Below, piece after piece: positions 35,066-44,740 of a stretch of 64,000 nt of DNA (the first letter of the stretch is position 1; each line of letters starts with the position of its first letter). Source of the DNA: Desulfurococcaceae archaeon (GTDB lineage: Archaea; Thermoproteota; Thermoprotei_A; Sulfolobales; Desulfurococcaceae); assembly GCA_049970695.1 (NCBI GenBank), contig JBMFML010000002.1, forward strand, positions 109,075-173,074, written 5' to 3'. The notes under the pieces were generated by a model that worked only from the letters and a program-made list of their open reading frames with translations, made no database searches and was not told the origin of the DNA. The position numbers and the translations under genes are program-made.

Positions 35066-36706
35066 GTGAGCAGTAAGTACCCTGGTGAAATAGCCTACGT
35101 CATACCTGCTCTTAGAAAAGGCGAGGAGCTCTTAGCACTTACAATGAGTGTCTGCCCGTACTGCTACAGGGCGCTTCCCGCAGTCGTTGTAGAAAGGGAG
35201 GGCAGGGTCTACATAAGGCGCTCTTGCCCCGAGCATGGAACAGTAGAAGAGCTGTACTATGGAGATGTGGAGTTCTACAAGAGAGTCACTAAGTTCCCCG
35301 AGGAGGGCAGGGGGCCTAGACACGTCTACACACCAGTTACTAGGGCGTGTCCATTTAATTGCGGCCTATGTGCAATGCACAAGCAGCACAGCGCACTCAT
35401 AAACCTCGTAGTCACCAATAGGTGCGACCTCAGCTGCTGGTACTGCTTCTTCTACTCGGAGGCGGCCGGCTACGTCTACGAGCCCACTCTAGAGCAGATT
35501 AGGGAAATGGTGAGGAGTGTCAAGAAGCAGGGCGTGCCCGTTGCAGTACAGATAACTGGTGGAGAGCCGCTACTGAGAGACGACCTCATTGAAATAGTAA
35601 AGCTGCTCAAAGAAGAAGGCATTAGGCACATACAGCTAAACACTAATGGAATTAGATTTGCTCAAATGTACTTCGAAGACCCCGTTAAGGCTGTTGAATA
35701 CGCGAGAGCTTTGAGGGCCAGCGGCTTGAACACTGTTTACTTAAGCTTTGACGGCGTCTCGCCCAAGACGAACTGGAAAAACCACTGGGAAGTGCCGTAC
35801 ATTTTCGAGGTCTTCAGGAAGGCGGGAATAACGAGCGTCGTCTTAGTCCCCACGGTAATCAAGGGCGTTAACACCCACGAAGTAGGGGCAATAATAAGGT
35901 TTGCTGCAAAGCACATAGACATAGTGCGATCCGTGAACTTCCAGCCAGTCAGCTTAACTGGGCTAATGAAGAGGCACGAGAGAGAAAAGTACAGGATTAC
36001 TATACCCGACTTAGTCAAGCTAATAGAGGAGCAGACAGGCGGAGAGATTTCTAGAGAAGACTGGTTTCCGGTAAATGCAAGCGCGGTTTTCTCGAGGTTT
36101 ATTGAAGGCTTTAGCGGAGAATTCAAGTTCGAAATGGCAAACCACCCCATATGCGGTGTTGGGACGTACGTCTACGTCGAGAAGAAGGGGGGCAGCATTA
36201 AGCTCGTACCAATAACCAGGTTTATTGATGTCGAAGGCCTGCTAGAATACCTGAGAGAAAAGTGGATGGATCTCGTAAGCGGATCTAGTAGAGTGATCAC
36301 GGGGCTTAAGCTACTCTATGCTATTAGGAAGTTTATTAAGCAAGAAAACGCGCCAGAGGGGCTTGACATCTACAGGCTGCTCCTCAACGTAATAATTAAG
36401 AGGAGCTACGAGGCGCTCGGCGAGGTCCACTACAAGCTCTTGTTTATTGGGCAAATGCACTTCATGGATCTCTACAACTACGACATTCAGAGGGTTCAGA
36501 GGTGCAACATACACTACGTTGTACCCGATGGAAGGCTCATACCCTTCTGCGCCTTCAACATCTTCGACGACATCTACAGAGATAAAGTGCAGAGAGAATA
36601 CAGCTTGCCACTAGCGAAACCCACGAAGAAGTACATTAGAAACAGGAGACTACTCGAGTCCTCTGAGCTGTACAAGACGACTTACGAAGGAGTGCTGGCA
36701 AGCTAA
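35066..36706 (+). CDS. Multi-cluster radical SAM protein, probable tetraether lipid synthase (Tes / GDGT-MAS) family
   Basis: 546 aa with an N-terminal CPYC...CPEH knuckle, an auxiliary CPFNCGLC motif, the radical SAM motif CDLSCWYC and further C-terminal Cys. The radical SAM assignment is firm; the Tes assignment is recalled from memory, not searched. Confidence 0.75.
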   Translation: MSSKYPGEIAYVIPALRKGEELLALTMSVCPYCYRALPAVVVEREGRVYIRRSCPEHGTVEELYYGDVEFYKRVTKFPEEGRGPRHVYTPVTRACPFNCGLCAMHKQHSALINLVVTNRCDLSCWYCFFYSEAAGYVYEPTLEQIREMVRSVKKQGVPVAVQITGGEPLLRDDLIEIVKLLKEEGIRHIQLNTNGIRFAQMYFEDPVKAVEYARALRASGLNTVYLSFDGVSPKTNWKNHWEVPYIFEVFRKAGITSVVLVPTVIKGVNTHEVGAIIRFAAKHIDIVRSVNFQPVSLTGLMKRHEREKYRITIPDLVKLIEEQTGGEISREDWFPVNASAVFSRFIEGFSGEFKFEMANHPICGVGTYVYVEKKGGSIKLVPITRFIDVEGLLEYLREKWMDLVSGSSRVITGLKLLYAIRKFIKQENAPEGLDIYRLLLNVIIKRSYEALGEVHYKLLFIGQMHFMDLYNYDIQRVQRCNIHYVVPDGRLIPFCAFNIFDDIYRDKVQREYSLPLAKPTKKYIRNRRLLESSELYKTTYEGVLAS

Positions 36707-36945
36707 CTCCACGCACTGCTTTTCGGCCCCCTAGACCCTACACTCTCTCATAACCACTATCACGCTATGACCAGGATTAGTATAACATGAGCTGGTGTAA
36801 CGCATGTAACTACGTGTTCACCGAACACCGGCGTGGGTGAGTTGCGAGATCTTAAACAAGGGCTTTTTGAAATCGGAGATGTCGAGTCGGTAAAGGAAGC
36901 TATTTAACCCCTCGCCCCCCCTATTACTCTGGGTGAAGTAGTGCC

Positions 36946-38358
36946 TTGGAGATAGGCAAAGCACTACTGGACTTCATGTACTTCCTAAACGGCATTGTAT
37001 GGGGAATGCCTGCAATAATAGTACTAGTGGGCACGGGGCTGTTCCTAACGATATATGGGGGCGGCCTTCAGTTCAGAAAGCTTCCACTGGCATTCAAGAA
37101 CCTAGTGTACAAGGGTGCGGCTGAAAGGGGAGGGTACAAGCCATTTGCTATATGGGCAGCCGTAATGGGAGCCACTGTGGGAGTTGGCAACATAGCGGGA
37201 GTGGCCACGGCAATACGCATGGGGGGTCCTGGTGCCATATTCTGGATGTGGGTCTGCGCGCTGCTGGGAATGGCCACGAAGGCCTTCGAGACAACTCTAG
37301 GCGTTTGGTCTAGGAGGGAGGAAAGGGGCGAGGTAGTAGAAGGAGGCACGCCGTACTACATCAGGCTAGTCCCCGTCGTGGGACCTGGTCTGGCAATAGC
37401 GTTCTCGCTGTTTGCGTGGATAGCAGCGTTCGGCATTGGCAACATGGTCCAGGCAAACAACGTAGCGCTGGGAGCAGAGTGGATTGCTAGGCAGTACGGG
37501 TTTGACGTATTCACCGCGAGGCTAATTGCCGGCATAATAATAACGATACTCACAGCCCTCGTAGTAATTGGTGGAATAAGGAGACTAGCAGAAGTATCAA
37601 ACTACCTAGTACCATTCATGCTAACGTGGTACCTGGCAGTCGCGCTCTACGTGTGGATAACTCACCCAGCCGACTTCGGGCAGGCCATAGTAGAGATATT
37701 CACGCACGCATTCACACCATACGCCGTTGCCGGCGGTGGTGCCGGCTACGCCGTTAAGTGGGGGGTGACGCAGGCAATGAGGTACGGGCTCGCGAGAGGC
37801 CTGTTCTCGAATGAAGCCGGGCTTGGAAGCGCTCCAAACCTCTACGCATTTATGAGAGTAGACCACCCAGGCCGCGTTACCCTCTACGGCATGGTAGAGG
37901 TATTCATGGACACTATAGTAGTGTGCAGCTTAACAGGAATAACAGTAGTAATGTCCAGGACTCACTTGACAACGGAGCTCAGCGGAGCAGCACTAGCATT
38001 TGAGGCATATCACGTGTACTATGGTGCGTGGGTGCCCATAGTCCTCGGCATCGCACTAGCGCTGTTCGCGTACACAACGCTTCTATCGTGGTCGGCTTAC
38101 GGAGAGATCAACTTCAAGTACTTCTTCTCTAAAACACTCAAGCTACCTGAAAAGCCCGTTGTTTGGTTCTGGAGGGTTCTGTGGATAATACCAATAATAC
38201 CGGCAGCTGTATCGCCTGCTTTATTCGAAGTGTTCTGGGACTTCTCGGATACTATGAACGGCTTAATGATGTTGCCGAACCTCATTGCCGTTGTCTACTT
38301 CGCACCAGTGGTCAAGAAGCTGGCGGCAGACTTCCTGGCTAAGCGCCCCTTTGGGTGA
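36946..38358 (+). CDS. Sodium:alanine (amino acid) symporter, AGCS family
   Basis: 470 aa, polytopic. GGLQFR, GVGNIAGVATAI..GGPGAIFWMW and GLFSNEAGLGSAP motifs. Confidence 0.88.
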   Translation: MEIGKALLDFMYFLNGIVWGMPAIIVLVGTGLFLTIYGGGLQFRKLPLAFKNLVYKGAAERGGYKPFAIWAAVMGATVGVGNIAGVATAIRMGGPGAIFWMWVCALLGMATKAFETTLGVWSRREERGEVVEGGTPYYIRLVPVVGPGLAIAFSLFAWIAAFGIGNMVQANNVALGAEWIARQYGFDVFTARLIAGIIITILTALVVIGGIRRLAEVSNYLVPFMLTWYLAVALYVWITHPADFGQAIVEIFTHAFTPYAVAGGGAGYAVKWGVTQAMRYGLARGLFSNEAGLGSAPNLYAFMRVDHPGRVTLYGMVEVFMDTIVVCSLTGITVVMSRTHLTTELSGAALAFEAYHVYYGAWVPIVLGIALALFAYTTLLSWSAYGEINFKYFFSKTLKLPEKPVVWFWRVLWIIPIIPAAVSPALFEVFWDFSDTMNGLMMLPNLIAVVYFAPVVKKLAADFLAKRPFG

Positions 38359-38368
38359 GCGCTTCGGG

Positions 38369-38647
38369 GTGAACGCCGTGGCCGCGCCCTCAGAATCTAA
38401 GTTCACAATCAATCCCAGAGAAAGAGACGTTGTGACAGTAATATTCCTAGTCTGCCTAATACTGTTCCTAGCATTCGTGTTGTCTGTAGCATTGGCAGAG
38501 CGGGGGTACGTGGAATACGCTCGTAGAGTGCTCGGAGAGCTGCCAACATATGTTGTGTTCACAGCCATCATAGTCTTGCTATACCTAGTTGGATGGGCTA
38601 TAGGCAGAGCAAAATCTGAAACAGTAGGAATCTGGTACCACGGGTAG
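38369..38647 (+). CDS. Possible small two-TM membrane protein downstream of the symporter
   Basis: The GTG at 38369 lies 11 nt after the symporter stop and gives 92 aa with two hydrophobic helices. No recognisable family. Confidence 0.35.
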   Translation: MNAVAAPSESKFTINPRERDVVTVIFLVCLILFLAFVLSVALAERGYVEYARRVLGELPTYVVFTAIIVLLYLVGWAIGRAKSETVGIWYHG

Positions 38648-38831
38648 CTCCAAGTAAAGGGCTTTTTACTACTCTACATAACTTTTTACACAATTTTTAA
38701 CAATCGATTAGCGCCCTTCCTCAACTACACCAGCGTGTTTAGATTGAGGCGCGCGTCTACGTGGAAGCTAGGTATATTTGCTTAAGAAAACCTTATGTCA
38801 ATTGATACTGGCGTGTTGGGGCTCAGGCTCC

Positions 38832-40199
38832 ATGAGTAGTGGAGAACACTCTCTCGTGGAGAAGCTCGTAGAAAAGTACAGGAAATATGTGTCCTTTAGC
38901 CAGGCCTTTAAGTATTTTCCCATAGTAGTTGCACGAGCCGAGAACGCCCGTGTGTGGGATATCACCGGGAGGTGCTACATAGATTTCCTGTCGAGCGCGG
39001 CGACTTATAACGTGGGACACAGTAATAGAGAAGTAGTTGAAGCCGTCAAGGAGCAACTAAGCAAGTTCATACACTACTGCCTCTACCTGTACCACGAGCC
39101 CGTTGTAGAGCTCGCTGAGCTACTAGTCGAAGTAACGCCTGGCAGGTTTCCAAAGAAAGTCGCATTTGGACTTAGTGGTGGAGATGCTTGCGACACGGCA
39201 CTCAAGGCATCGTTTGCTTATACGAAGAAGCCTGGCGTGCTGAGCTACACGTACTCTTACCACGGGACAACAGCGCTTGGCATAGCAGTTGGTGGCTCGT
39301 TTCCGAGGGAGCTGAGAGAGCTAATGGGCTTCAAAAGCGTGTACTTCGTGGACTACCCAGACACCTATAGGTGCAAGTACGGCGTAGATGACCCCGAGCT
39401 CTGCGGAGAGTACTACTTAAGCGAGCTAGAGGATGTCATGCGCAAAGTCAACGCTAAGGAGGCCATTGCAGCACTTATAATAGAGCCCATTCAGGGAGAC
39501 GGCGGGGTACTCGTCCCTCCCAAAAACTACATTGCTGGGGTGAGAAAGCTCACGCTGGAGCATGGCGTGGTGCTTGTAGACGACGAAGTGCAGACCGGCA
39601 TTGGGCGCACGGGGGCAATGTTTGCCATTGAGCACTTTGGCGTCGAGCCAGACCTGCTCGTTACTGCTAAAGCGCTGGGAGGCGGAATGCCTATTTCAGC
39701 AGTAGTAGGCCGTGCAGAGATAATGGATGCGGCGCCGCCTCAGAGCTTCTTCGCTACTTCGGCTGCTCACGCGCTCTCGTGCGTTGCAGCCATTGAGACC
39801 ATAAAGTACGTCTTGGAGAACAAGCTAATAGAGAGGGCACGGCAGCTAGGAGAGTACGCAATGAAGAGGCTGAAGGAGCTGGTAGACAAGTACGAGGTAG
39901 TGGGAGACGTCAGGGGTTTGGGCTTGATGATCGGCGTAGACATAGTAGGCGACAAGAAGACTAAAAAACCAGATAGAAAAACAGCGCTCAAAATCATATG
40001 GAGAGCCTACGAGAAGGGCTTAATAATGATGACTTATGGAAAGCATGGAAACGTCCTCAGAATAGCCCCACCTCTCACTATACCCAAGGAAGACCTAGAT
40101 GCGGCGCTGGACATCATCGAAGAATCTGTGAAAGACGCTCTCGAGGGGCGCGTGCCAGACGAAGTTGTAGAGCGCATGGTGGCGTGGAAGACCGAGTAA
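38832..40199 (+). CDS. Class III pyridoxal-phosphate-dependent aminotransferase
   Basis: DDEVQTGIGRTG and TAKALGGGMP (PLP lysine) motifs. The start is placed at the ATG at 38832; the track TTG at 38778 sits inside a TATA-like GTATATTTG. Confidence 0.88.
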   Translation: MSSGEHSLVEKLVEKYRKYVSFSQAFKYFPIVVARAENARVWDITGRCYIDFLSSAATYNVGHSNREVVEAVKEQLSKFIHYCLYLYHEPVVELAELLVEVTPGRFPKKVAFGLSGGDACDTALKASFAYTKKPGVLSYTYSYHGTTALGIAVGGSFPRELRELMGFKSVYFVDYPDTYRCKYGVDDPELCGEYYLSELEDVMRKVNAKEAIAALIIEPIQGDGGVLVPPKNYIAGVRKLTLEHGVVLVDDEVQTGIGRTGAMFAIEHFGVEPDLLVTAKALGGGMPISAVVGRAEIMDAAPPQSFFATSAAHALSCVAAIETIKYVLENKLIERARQLGEYAMKRLKELVDKYEVVGDVRGLGLMIGVDIVGDKKTKKPDRKTALKIIWRAYEKGLIMMTYGKHGNVLRIAPPLTIPKEDLDAALDIIEESVKDALEGRVPDEVVERMVAWKTE

Positions 40200-40212
40200 A
40201 CCGTTAAGCCAG

Positions 40213-40286
<74 letters not shown>

Positions 40287-40312
40287 TCAGCACTTCTTAT
40301 GTTGGATCAGCC

Positions 40313-40322
40313 TTTTTTAATA
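40313..40322 (-). promoter_or_regulatory. TATA box for tRNA-Lys (TATTAAAAAA on the minus strand)
   Basis: 27-36 nt upstream of the tRNA-Lys 5' end, in the 95-bp divergent spacer shared with tRNA-Gln. Confidence 0.45.
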
Positions 40323-40345
40323 CCCTACACAGGGGCGCGTCAGAG

Positions 40346-40353
40346 TTTAAAAT
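40346..40353 (+). promoter_or_regulatory. TATA box for tRNA-Gln (TTTAAAAT)
   Basis: 29-36 nt upstream of the tRNA-Gln 5' end. Confidence 0.45.
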
Positions 40354-40381
40354 CCCCTTACGGTAAATACTCACAGTGGGC

Positions 40382-40454
40382 AGCCGGGTCGTCTAGCGGC
40401 CAAGGATGCGGGGCTCTGGCCCCCGTGACCGGGGTTCGAATCCCCGCCCGGCTA
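40382..40454 (+). tRNA. tRNA-Gln (anticodon CUG)
   Basis: Acceptor AGCCGGG/CCCGGCT, anticodon arm CGGGG-CTCTGGC-CCCCG, T arm CGGGG-TTCGAAT-CCCCG. Confidence 0.9.
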
Positions 40455-40554
40455 CTCATACTCGTTTATAAGGCAAGTTAAAGCCCAGCCGCCTCGCGCG
40501 CTCTTGGGTTAGCAATATTAGTGCCTCGCTCAATTACTGAGCACTGTAGCGTGG

Positions 40555-41289
40555 TTGAAAATGCAGGTTAAGACGAGGCTCTTGTACCAGTACGACTCTT
40601 ACTTGAAAGAGCACGAAGCAACAGTAGTAGAAGTGCAAGGAGACCTCGTCTACTTCGACAGCACGATATTCCACCCGAGGAGTGGTGGAGTAGACCACGA
40701 CAAGGGCTTCATAGAAGTAAGTGGCAAAAAGCTCGAGGTAACAGAGGTCTTCATAGACAGGGAGAAGGGCGACGTCGCGCATAGAGTCCCGGGTGTAGGC
40801 GGCCTGGGGCTGGAACCCGGAACCAGAGTTAAAATGGTCTTGAACTGGGAAAGGCGGTATAAGCTAATGAGGCTTCACACGGCTGCTCACATAGTCTCGG
40901 CAATAATGTACAATGAATACGGGGCACTAGTCTCTGGTGGCAACATCACCGAGGAATACGCCTACGACGACTACACGCTTGAAAAACTCGACAAAGAGCT
41001 CTTCATTAAGGTAATAGAAAAAGCCAATGAAGTGGTCAGGCGAGACCTCGAAGTCAAAATCTACTGGCTTCCCAGAGAAGAGGCCCTGCGAATACCAGGA
41101 GTGGTCAAGCTCGCTTCGAGAATGCCACCAGAAGTGAGTATGTTGAGAATAGTTGAGATACCGGGCGTAGACGTGCAGGCTGATGGAGGCCCCCACGTTA
41201 GGAGAACAAGCGAAGTAGGCGAAATAGTGTTCTTGAGTGCAGAGAGCAAGGGTAAGGCTAAGAAGAGGCTCTACTTCACCGTGAAGTAG
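40555..41289 (+). CDS. alaX: Alanyl-tRNA editing protein AlaX (AlaX-M type)
   Basis: 244 aa with an N-terminal beta-barrel (FDSTIFHPRSGGVDHDKG), then HTAAH. The second zinc motif reads DGGPH rather than CxxxH. Confidence 0.82.
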   Translation: MKMQVKTRLLYQYDSYLKEHEATVVEVQGDLVYFDSTIFHPRSGGVDHDKGFIEVSGKKLEVTEVFIDREKGDVAHRVPGVGGLGLEPGTRVKMVLNWERRYKLMRLHTAAHIVSAIMYNEYGALVSGGNITEEYAYDDYTLEKLDKELFIKVIEKANEVVRRDLEVKIYWLPREEALRIPGVVKLASRMPPEVSMLRIVEIPGVDVQADGGPHVRRTSEVGEIVFLSAESKGKAKKRLYFTVK

Positions 41290-41308
41290 CGGGTACAGGG
41301 CTACGCGG

Positions 41309-41313
41309 TTTTT
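41309..41313 (+). terminator. Oligo-T tract downstream of alaX
   Basis: A TTTTT run 20 nt after the alaX stop. Archaeal termination commonly uses oligo-T. Confidence 0.35.
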
Positions 41314-41528
41314 AGGAGCTATTTGCCAAAGTAACAGACGGAGCCCGATGAAGAGCCGTTGGGAGACTACCCGCAGAACCGTGAAGAATCCCCTGGCTGC
41401 GAGGGCCGCCCCCCAATAAAGCGCTCAAAGCAGTCATTGCACAGAGAAGAGAGCAGCCGGGTCCAGCAAGTCTCTCATGCAGCTGCTTAGCACACTCGTT
41501 CACGGGACTTTGCGGGCAAGGATGGTAG

Positions 41529-41615
41529 TGGGCCCGCGGGGATTTGAACCCCGGGCCTCCGCCTCTCCTAGGCTGCTTGTAAGGGCGGCGTCCTACCAGG
41601 CTAGACGACGGGCCC
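41529..41615 (-). tRNA. tRNA-Val (anticodon UAC) with a ~13-nt intron
   Basis: The reverse complement is GGGCCCG..CCGCC-CTTACA[AGCAGCCTAGGAG]A-GGCGG..CGGGG-TTCAAAT-CCCCG-CGGGCCC-A. The intron sits at the canonical 37/38 position. Confidence 0.8.
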
Positions 41616-41732
41616 CTGCTCTAGGAAGTGGTCACTAAGAGGTTATAAGCGTTTACGTTGTCCTGTGGGGTAGGCGAAGTAAGGTAGCGAAGCGGGGATT
41701 TTAGGACCTAGGACGACTACTATAAAAGCGGT

Positions 41733-41839
41733 GCCGGGGTGCCCGAGCGGTCTAAGGGGGTGGGCTCGAGCTTCCAGCGTGGCTTGAGAGACCCACTGCC
41801 CCTTCGCGGGGCGCGCGGGTTCGAATCCCGCCCCCGGCG
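41733..41839 (+). tRNA. tRNA-Ser (anticodon CGA), class II, with a ~20-nt intron
   Basis: Acceptor GCCGGGG/CCCCGGC, anticodon stem GTGGG/CCCAC enclosing CTCGAG[20 nt]A, long variable arm TGCCCCTTCGCGGGGCG, T arm GCGGG-TTCGAAT-CCCGC. Confidence 0.75.
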
Positions 41840-41859
41840 CTAAAGCCCGGTGCTTCTAC

Positions 41860-42900
41860 GTGCCCGCCGAATTCGCTCCGCCGCCCTCTAGGTTCTACGA
41901 AGTAGAAAATGGACTGGTTAGGTGCATTGCGTGTGAGCGGAGGTGCGTGCTCAGAGACGGCTATGCTGGCGCGTGCGGCAATTACTTGAACAAGAAAGGA
42001 GTAGTGTATCACTTCGGCTATGGGAGAATTAGTGCCATAGAAAGCAGGCCTATTGAAATAAAGCCCCTCTTCCACTACTGGCCGGGCTCGACAGCACTAA
42101 CTTATAGCAACTATGGTTGCAACTTCTACTGCCCGTGGTGTCAAAACGACCACCTGAGCTACAGGAAGCCCCGCGAAGGAGACCCGATTATACCTCCCGA
42201 AAAGCTAGTTGAAATGGCCATACTCAGCGGAGACGAGGGCTTGTCGGCTAGTTTTAACGAGCCAATAACGCACCTAGACTACGTCATAGACGTCACAGAA
42301 CTTGCTGTAAAGCACGGCCTCTACTCCATGATGGTTACAAACATGTACTTTACTACTAGGTCTTTGAAGGCGGCTGTAGAGTCCGGAGTAGACGGCTTTT
42401 CAGCGGACATAAAGGGCTGCCCCTCAATGAAAAAAGCCCTTGTGGGCATAGACCACAGCATAGTCTTCAGAAACGCCAGGCTGGCGATAGACCTGGGCGC
42501 GCACGTCGAAATGGTGTACTTAGTTGTCACTAACACCAACGATTTCGAAGAGTGCTTTGAGTGGATAATAGACAATCACCTAAAGTACCTGGGCCCAGAA
42601 GTCCCCCTACATGTCAACAGATACTTCCCGGCACACAGGTGGAAAGAGCCCCCAACACCAGTTGAAACGCTTATCAAGGTAAGAAACTACGCACTGAGGC
42701 AGGGACTCAAGTACGTCTATATAGGAAATACGTGGAATCCCGAGCTTGAGTCAACGAAGTGCCCTAAGTGCGGCAGAATGCTGATATACAGAAGCGGGTT
42801 CAGAGCACTCTGGTTTAACCTCGACTACGCAGATGGTAAGTACAGGTGTAAAAACTGCGGCGAAGTCATACCAATAAGGGGGAGGTGCATCGAAAAGTAG
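41860..42900 (+). CDS. Radical SAM enzyme, AmmeMemoRadiSam / PflA-like activase family
   Basis: 346 aa with N-terminal CIACERRC...GACG and the radical SAM motif CNFYCPWCQN. The GTG start lies 20 nt after tRNA-Ser. C-terminal CPKCG...CKNCG zinc ribbon. Confidence 0.8.
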   Translation: MPAEFAPPPSRFYEVENGLVRCIACERRCVLRDGYAGACGNYLNKKGVVYHFGYGRISAIESRPIEIKPLFHYWPGSTALTYSNYGCNFYCPWCQNDHLSYRKPREGDPIIPPEKLVEMAILSGDEGLSASFNEPITHLDYVIDVTELAVKHGLYSMMVTNMYFTTRSLKAAVESGVDGFSADIKGCPSMKKALVGIDHSIVFRNARLAIDLGAHVEMVYLVVTNTNDFEECFEWIIDNHLKYLGPEVPLHVNRYFPAHRWKEPPTPVETLIKVRNYALRQGLKYVYIGNTWNPELESTKCPKCGRMLIYRSGFRALWFNLDYADGKYRCKNCGEVIPIRGRCIEK

Positions 42901-42982
42901 GTTTGTTGGGGCAATAGCAGCGCCTAGCAAAGCGTCGAGGCTAGTAATGAAGCAAGTGGAGCAAGTAGCTGTGGCTCAGGAG

Positions 42983-43078
42983 TGCGGGGGGTGGGATTTG
43001 AACCCACGCAGGCCTACGCCAGCGGATCTCTCCTGGGCCTTGAGTCCGCCCCCTTTGGCCAGGCTCGGGCACCCCCGC
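42983..43078 (-). tRNA. tRNA-Leu (anticodon CAA), class II, with an ~11-nt intron
   Basis: The reverse complement is GCGGGGG..GCGGA-CTCAAG[GCCCAGGAGAG]A-TCCGC-TGGCGTAGGCCTGC-GTGGG-TTCAAAT-CCCAC-CCCCCGC-A. Confidence 0.85.
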
Positions 43079-43178
43079 ACCAGTGACCAGTTACTTCACG
43101 CGGGGTTTTATTTCTGCTACGTGAGTCCCAAGCTATTTAAATCCCTGTGCCACCTTTGTATGGATAGGTGCAGCATCC

Positions 43179-43715
43179 ATGCCGCTTAGACCAGCCAGGT
43201 GCTATACGCACTTCAGCGGACCTCCATACACTAGGAAGGAGTACATACCCGGCGTGCCACCGCCGAAAATATCGAAGTTTGAAATGGGCAATATACACGG
43301 CGACTACGACTACGAGGTAGCCCTCGTTGTCGAGGAGGCCGGGCAAATAAGGCACAACGCGCTTGAAGCAGCCCGTGTAATGGCCCTCAAGAACTTGACT
43401 AACAAAGCAGGCGAGAACAACTTCTTTTTAAAAGTGAAGGTCTACCCACACCATGTCTTGAGAGAAAACAAGATGCTCGCATTTGCTGGTGCAGACAGGT
43501 TGCAAGAAGGCATGAGACTGGCATTTGGAAAGCCCATAGGACTGGCCGCGAGGGTCTATCCCGGTCAAGAAGTACTTGTAGCAAGAGTCAAGAAAGAGCA
43601 CTTGGAGGCAGCGAAGCAGGCACTTAAAATAGCAGCTTCAAAACTACCGCTTCCATGCAAAATCGTGATAAAGCAGCTAAAAGAGCAGAAAGCCGCTTCA
43701 GGTCAAGCGGGGTAA
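43179..43715 (+). CDS. rpl10e: 50S ribosomal protein L10e (uL16)
   Basis: 178 aa: [27 protein letters not shown]... Confidence 0.93.
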   Translation: MPLRPARCYTHFSGPPYTRKEYIPGVPPPKISKFEMGNIHGDYDYEVALVVEEAGQIRHNALEAARVMALKNLTNKAGENNFFLKVKVYPHHVLRENKMLAFAGADRLQEGMRLAFGKPIGLAARVYPGQEVLVARVKKEHLEAAKQALKIAASKLPLPCKIVIKQLKEQKAASGQAG

Positions 43716-44734
43716 AAATACTGAGCAGCCACGCTATTTACTGCAATAACTACGAAGTAGACTTAGCCCCGCTCTTTGAGAGGCTGCGTGTTACTAAACC
43801 TCGTAAAGTACTCGTACACGCGCCGAATGGTCTAAAGCACCTCTACAACTGCATTGGCCCGCTGCTCTCCGAGAAAGGGCTCAGCATTTACTACTCTTCT
43901 TCACCGGGATATGGTGCTTGCGATATTCCACTCGAAGAAGCAGACCTCGTTAACGCGGACCTCATAGTTCACATTGGACATGCGAAGTACCCACTAGTAG
44001 ACGTGAAAGACGAGAGGGTCGTTTACGTCCCAGCCCACTACACGCTTAAACCGCCTGAACGGCTCCTCGAAGAGCTCTACAGGGTTCTTGCCGAAACAGG
44101 CGCTAAGGCGCTAACCGTATCTAGTACTCTCGTAGAGAAGTACGTGAGATCCCTAGTAGCCAGTTACCTAAGGGAACGGGGTTTACGCGTCATCGAGGTT
44201 ACGGAGCCCATACTAGGCTGCTACTACGTGCCAGTACTATTGCACGAGCACCTAGTTGATGCGCATGTAGTAGTTGCTGGTGGAATTTTCCACTCACTAG
44301 GTTTGGCGCTCTCGGCGCGCAAGCGCGTTATAGCAGTAGACCCCTACATGAACAAAGTATGGACGGCATCTACAGAAGCGGAGAAAGTAGTGAAGAAGCG
44401 CCTCTACGCTATTTTCAAAGCAAAGTCGGCGGCAAAGGGGCTTGTAGGCATTATTGTAGGCACTAGGCCGGGTCAATACAGGCCCCAGCTCGTCGAATAC
44501 ATTGAGAACCTAGCGCGCTCTAGGGGGTATAAGACGCTGAGAATAACGTCGAACTACCTGACGCTCGAGACTCTGAGCGCCATAGATAGCGCGCTGGATC
44601 TAGACTTCTACGTTGTGACGAGCTGCCCGAGGCTTCCAATCGACGACCTCGCAGATTTTCACAAGCCTGTTTTAACACCAGGAGAGCTCATAATGCTCGT
44701 TGCCGAGCGCCCAGACTACGTGTTCCCGTGGTAA
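43655..44734 (+). CDS. dph2: Diphthamide synthesis enzyme Dph2 (2-(3-amino-3-carboxypropyl)histidine synthase)
   Basis: 359 aa with the three-domain Dph2 pattern ([32 protein letters not shown]). The only in-frame start is the ATG at 43655, which gives a 61-nt overlap with rpl10e. Confidence 0.82.
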   Translation: MQNRDKAAKRAESRFRSSGVKILSSHAIYCNNYEVDLAPLFERLRVTKPRKVLVHAPNGLKHLYNCIGPLLSEKGLSIYYSSSPGYGACDIPLEEADLVNADLIVHIGHAKYPLVDVKDERVVYVPAHYTLKPPERLLEELYRVLAETGAKALTVSSTLVEKYVRSLVASYLRERGLRVIEVTEPILGCYYVPVLLHEHLVDAHVVVAGGIFHSLGLALSARKRVIAVDPYMNKVWTASTEAEKVVKKRLYAIFKAKSAAKGLVGIIVGTRPGQYRPQLVEYIENLARSRGYKTLRITSNYLTLETLSAIDSALDLDFYVVTSCPRLPIDDLADFHKPVLTPGELIMLVAERPDYVFPW

Positions 44735-44740
44735 CTGTAC

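Noticed and set aside
41312-41503. A 63-aa minus-strand ORF in the alaX / tRNA-Val spacer
   Set aside because: The composition is Ala/Gly/Leu/Ser-rich and low-complexity, with no start context and no motif. The spacer is better described as non-coding.
41752-42075. A 107-aa minus-strand ORF
   Set aside because: It overlaps tRNA-Ser (41733..41839) and the 5' end of the radical SAM gene. Its composition is Gly/Ala/Pro/Arg-rich and antisense-like.
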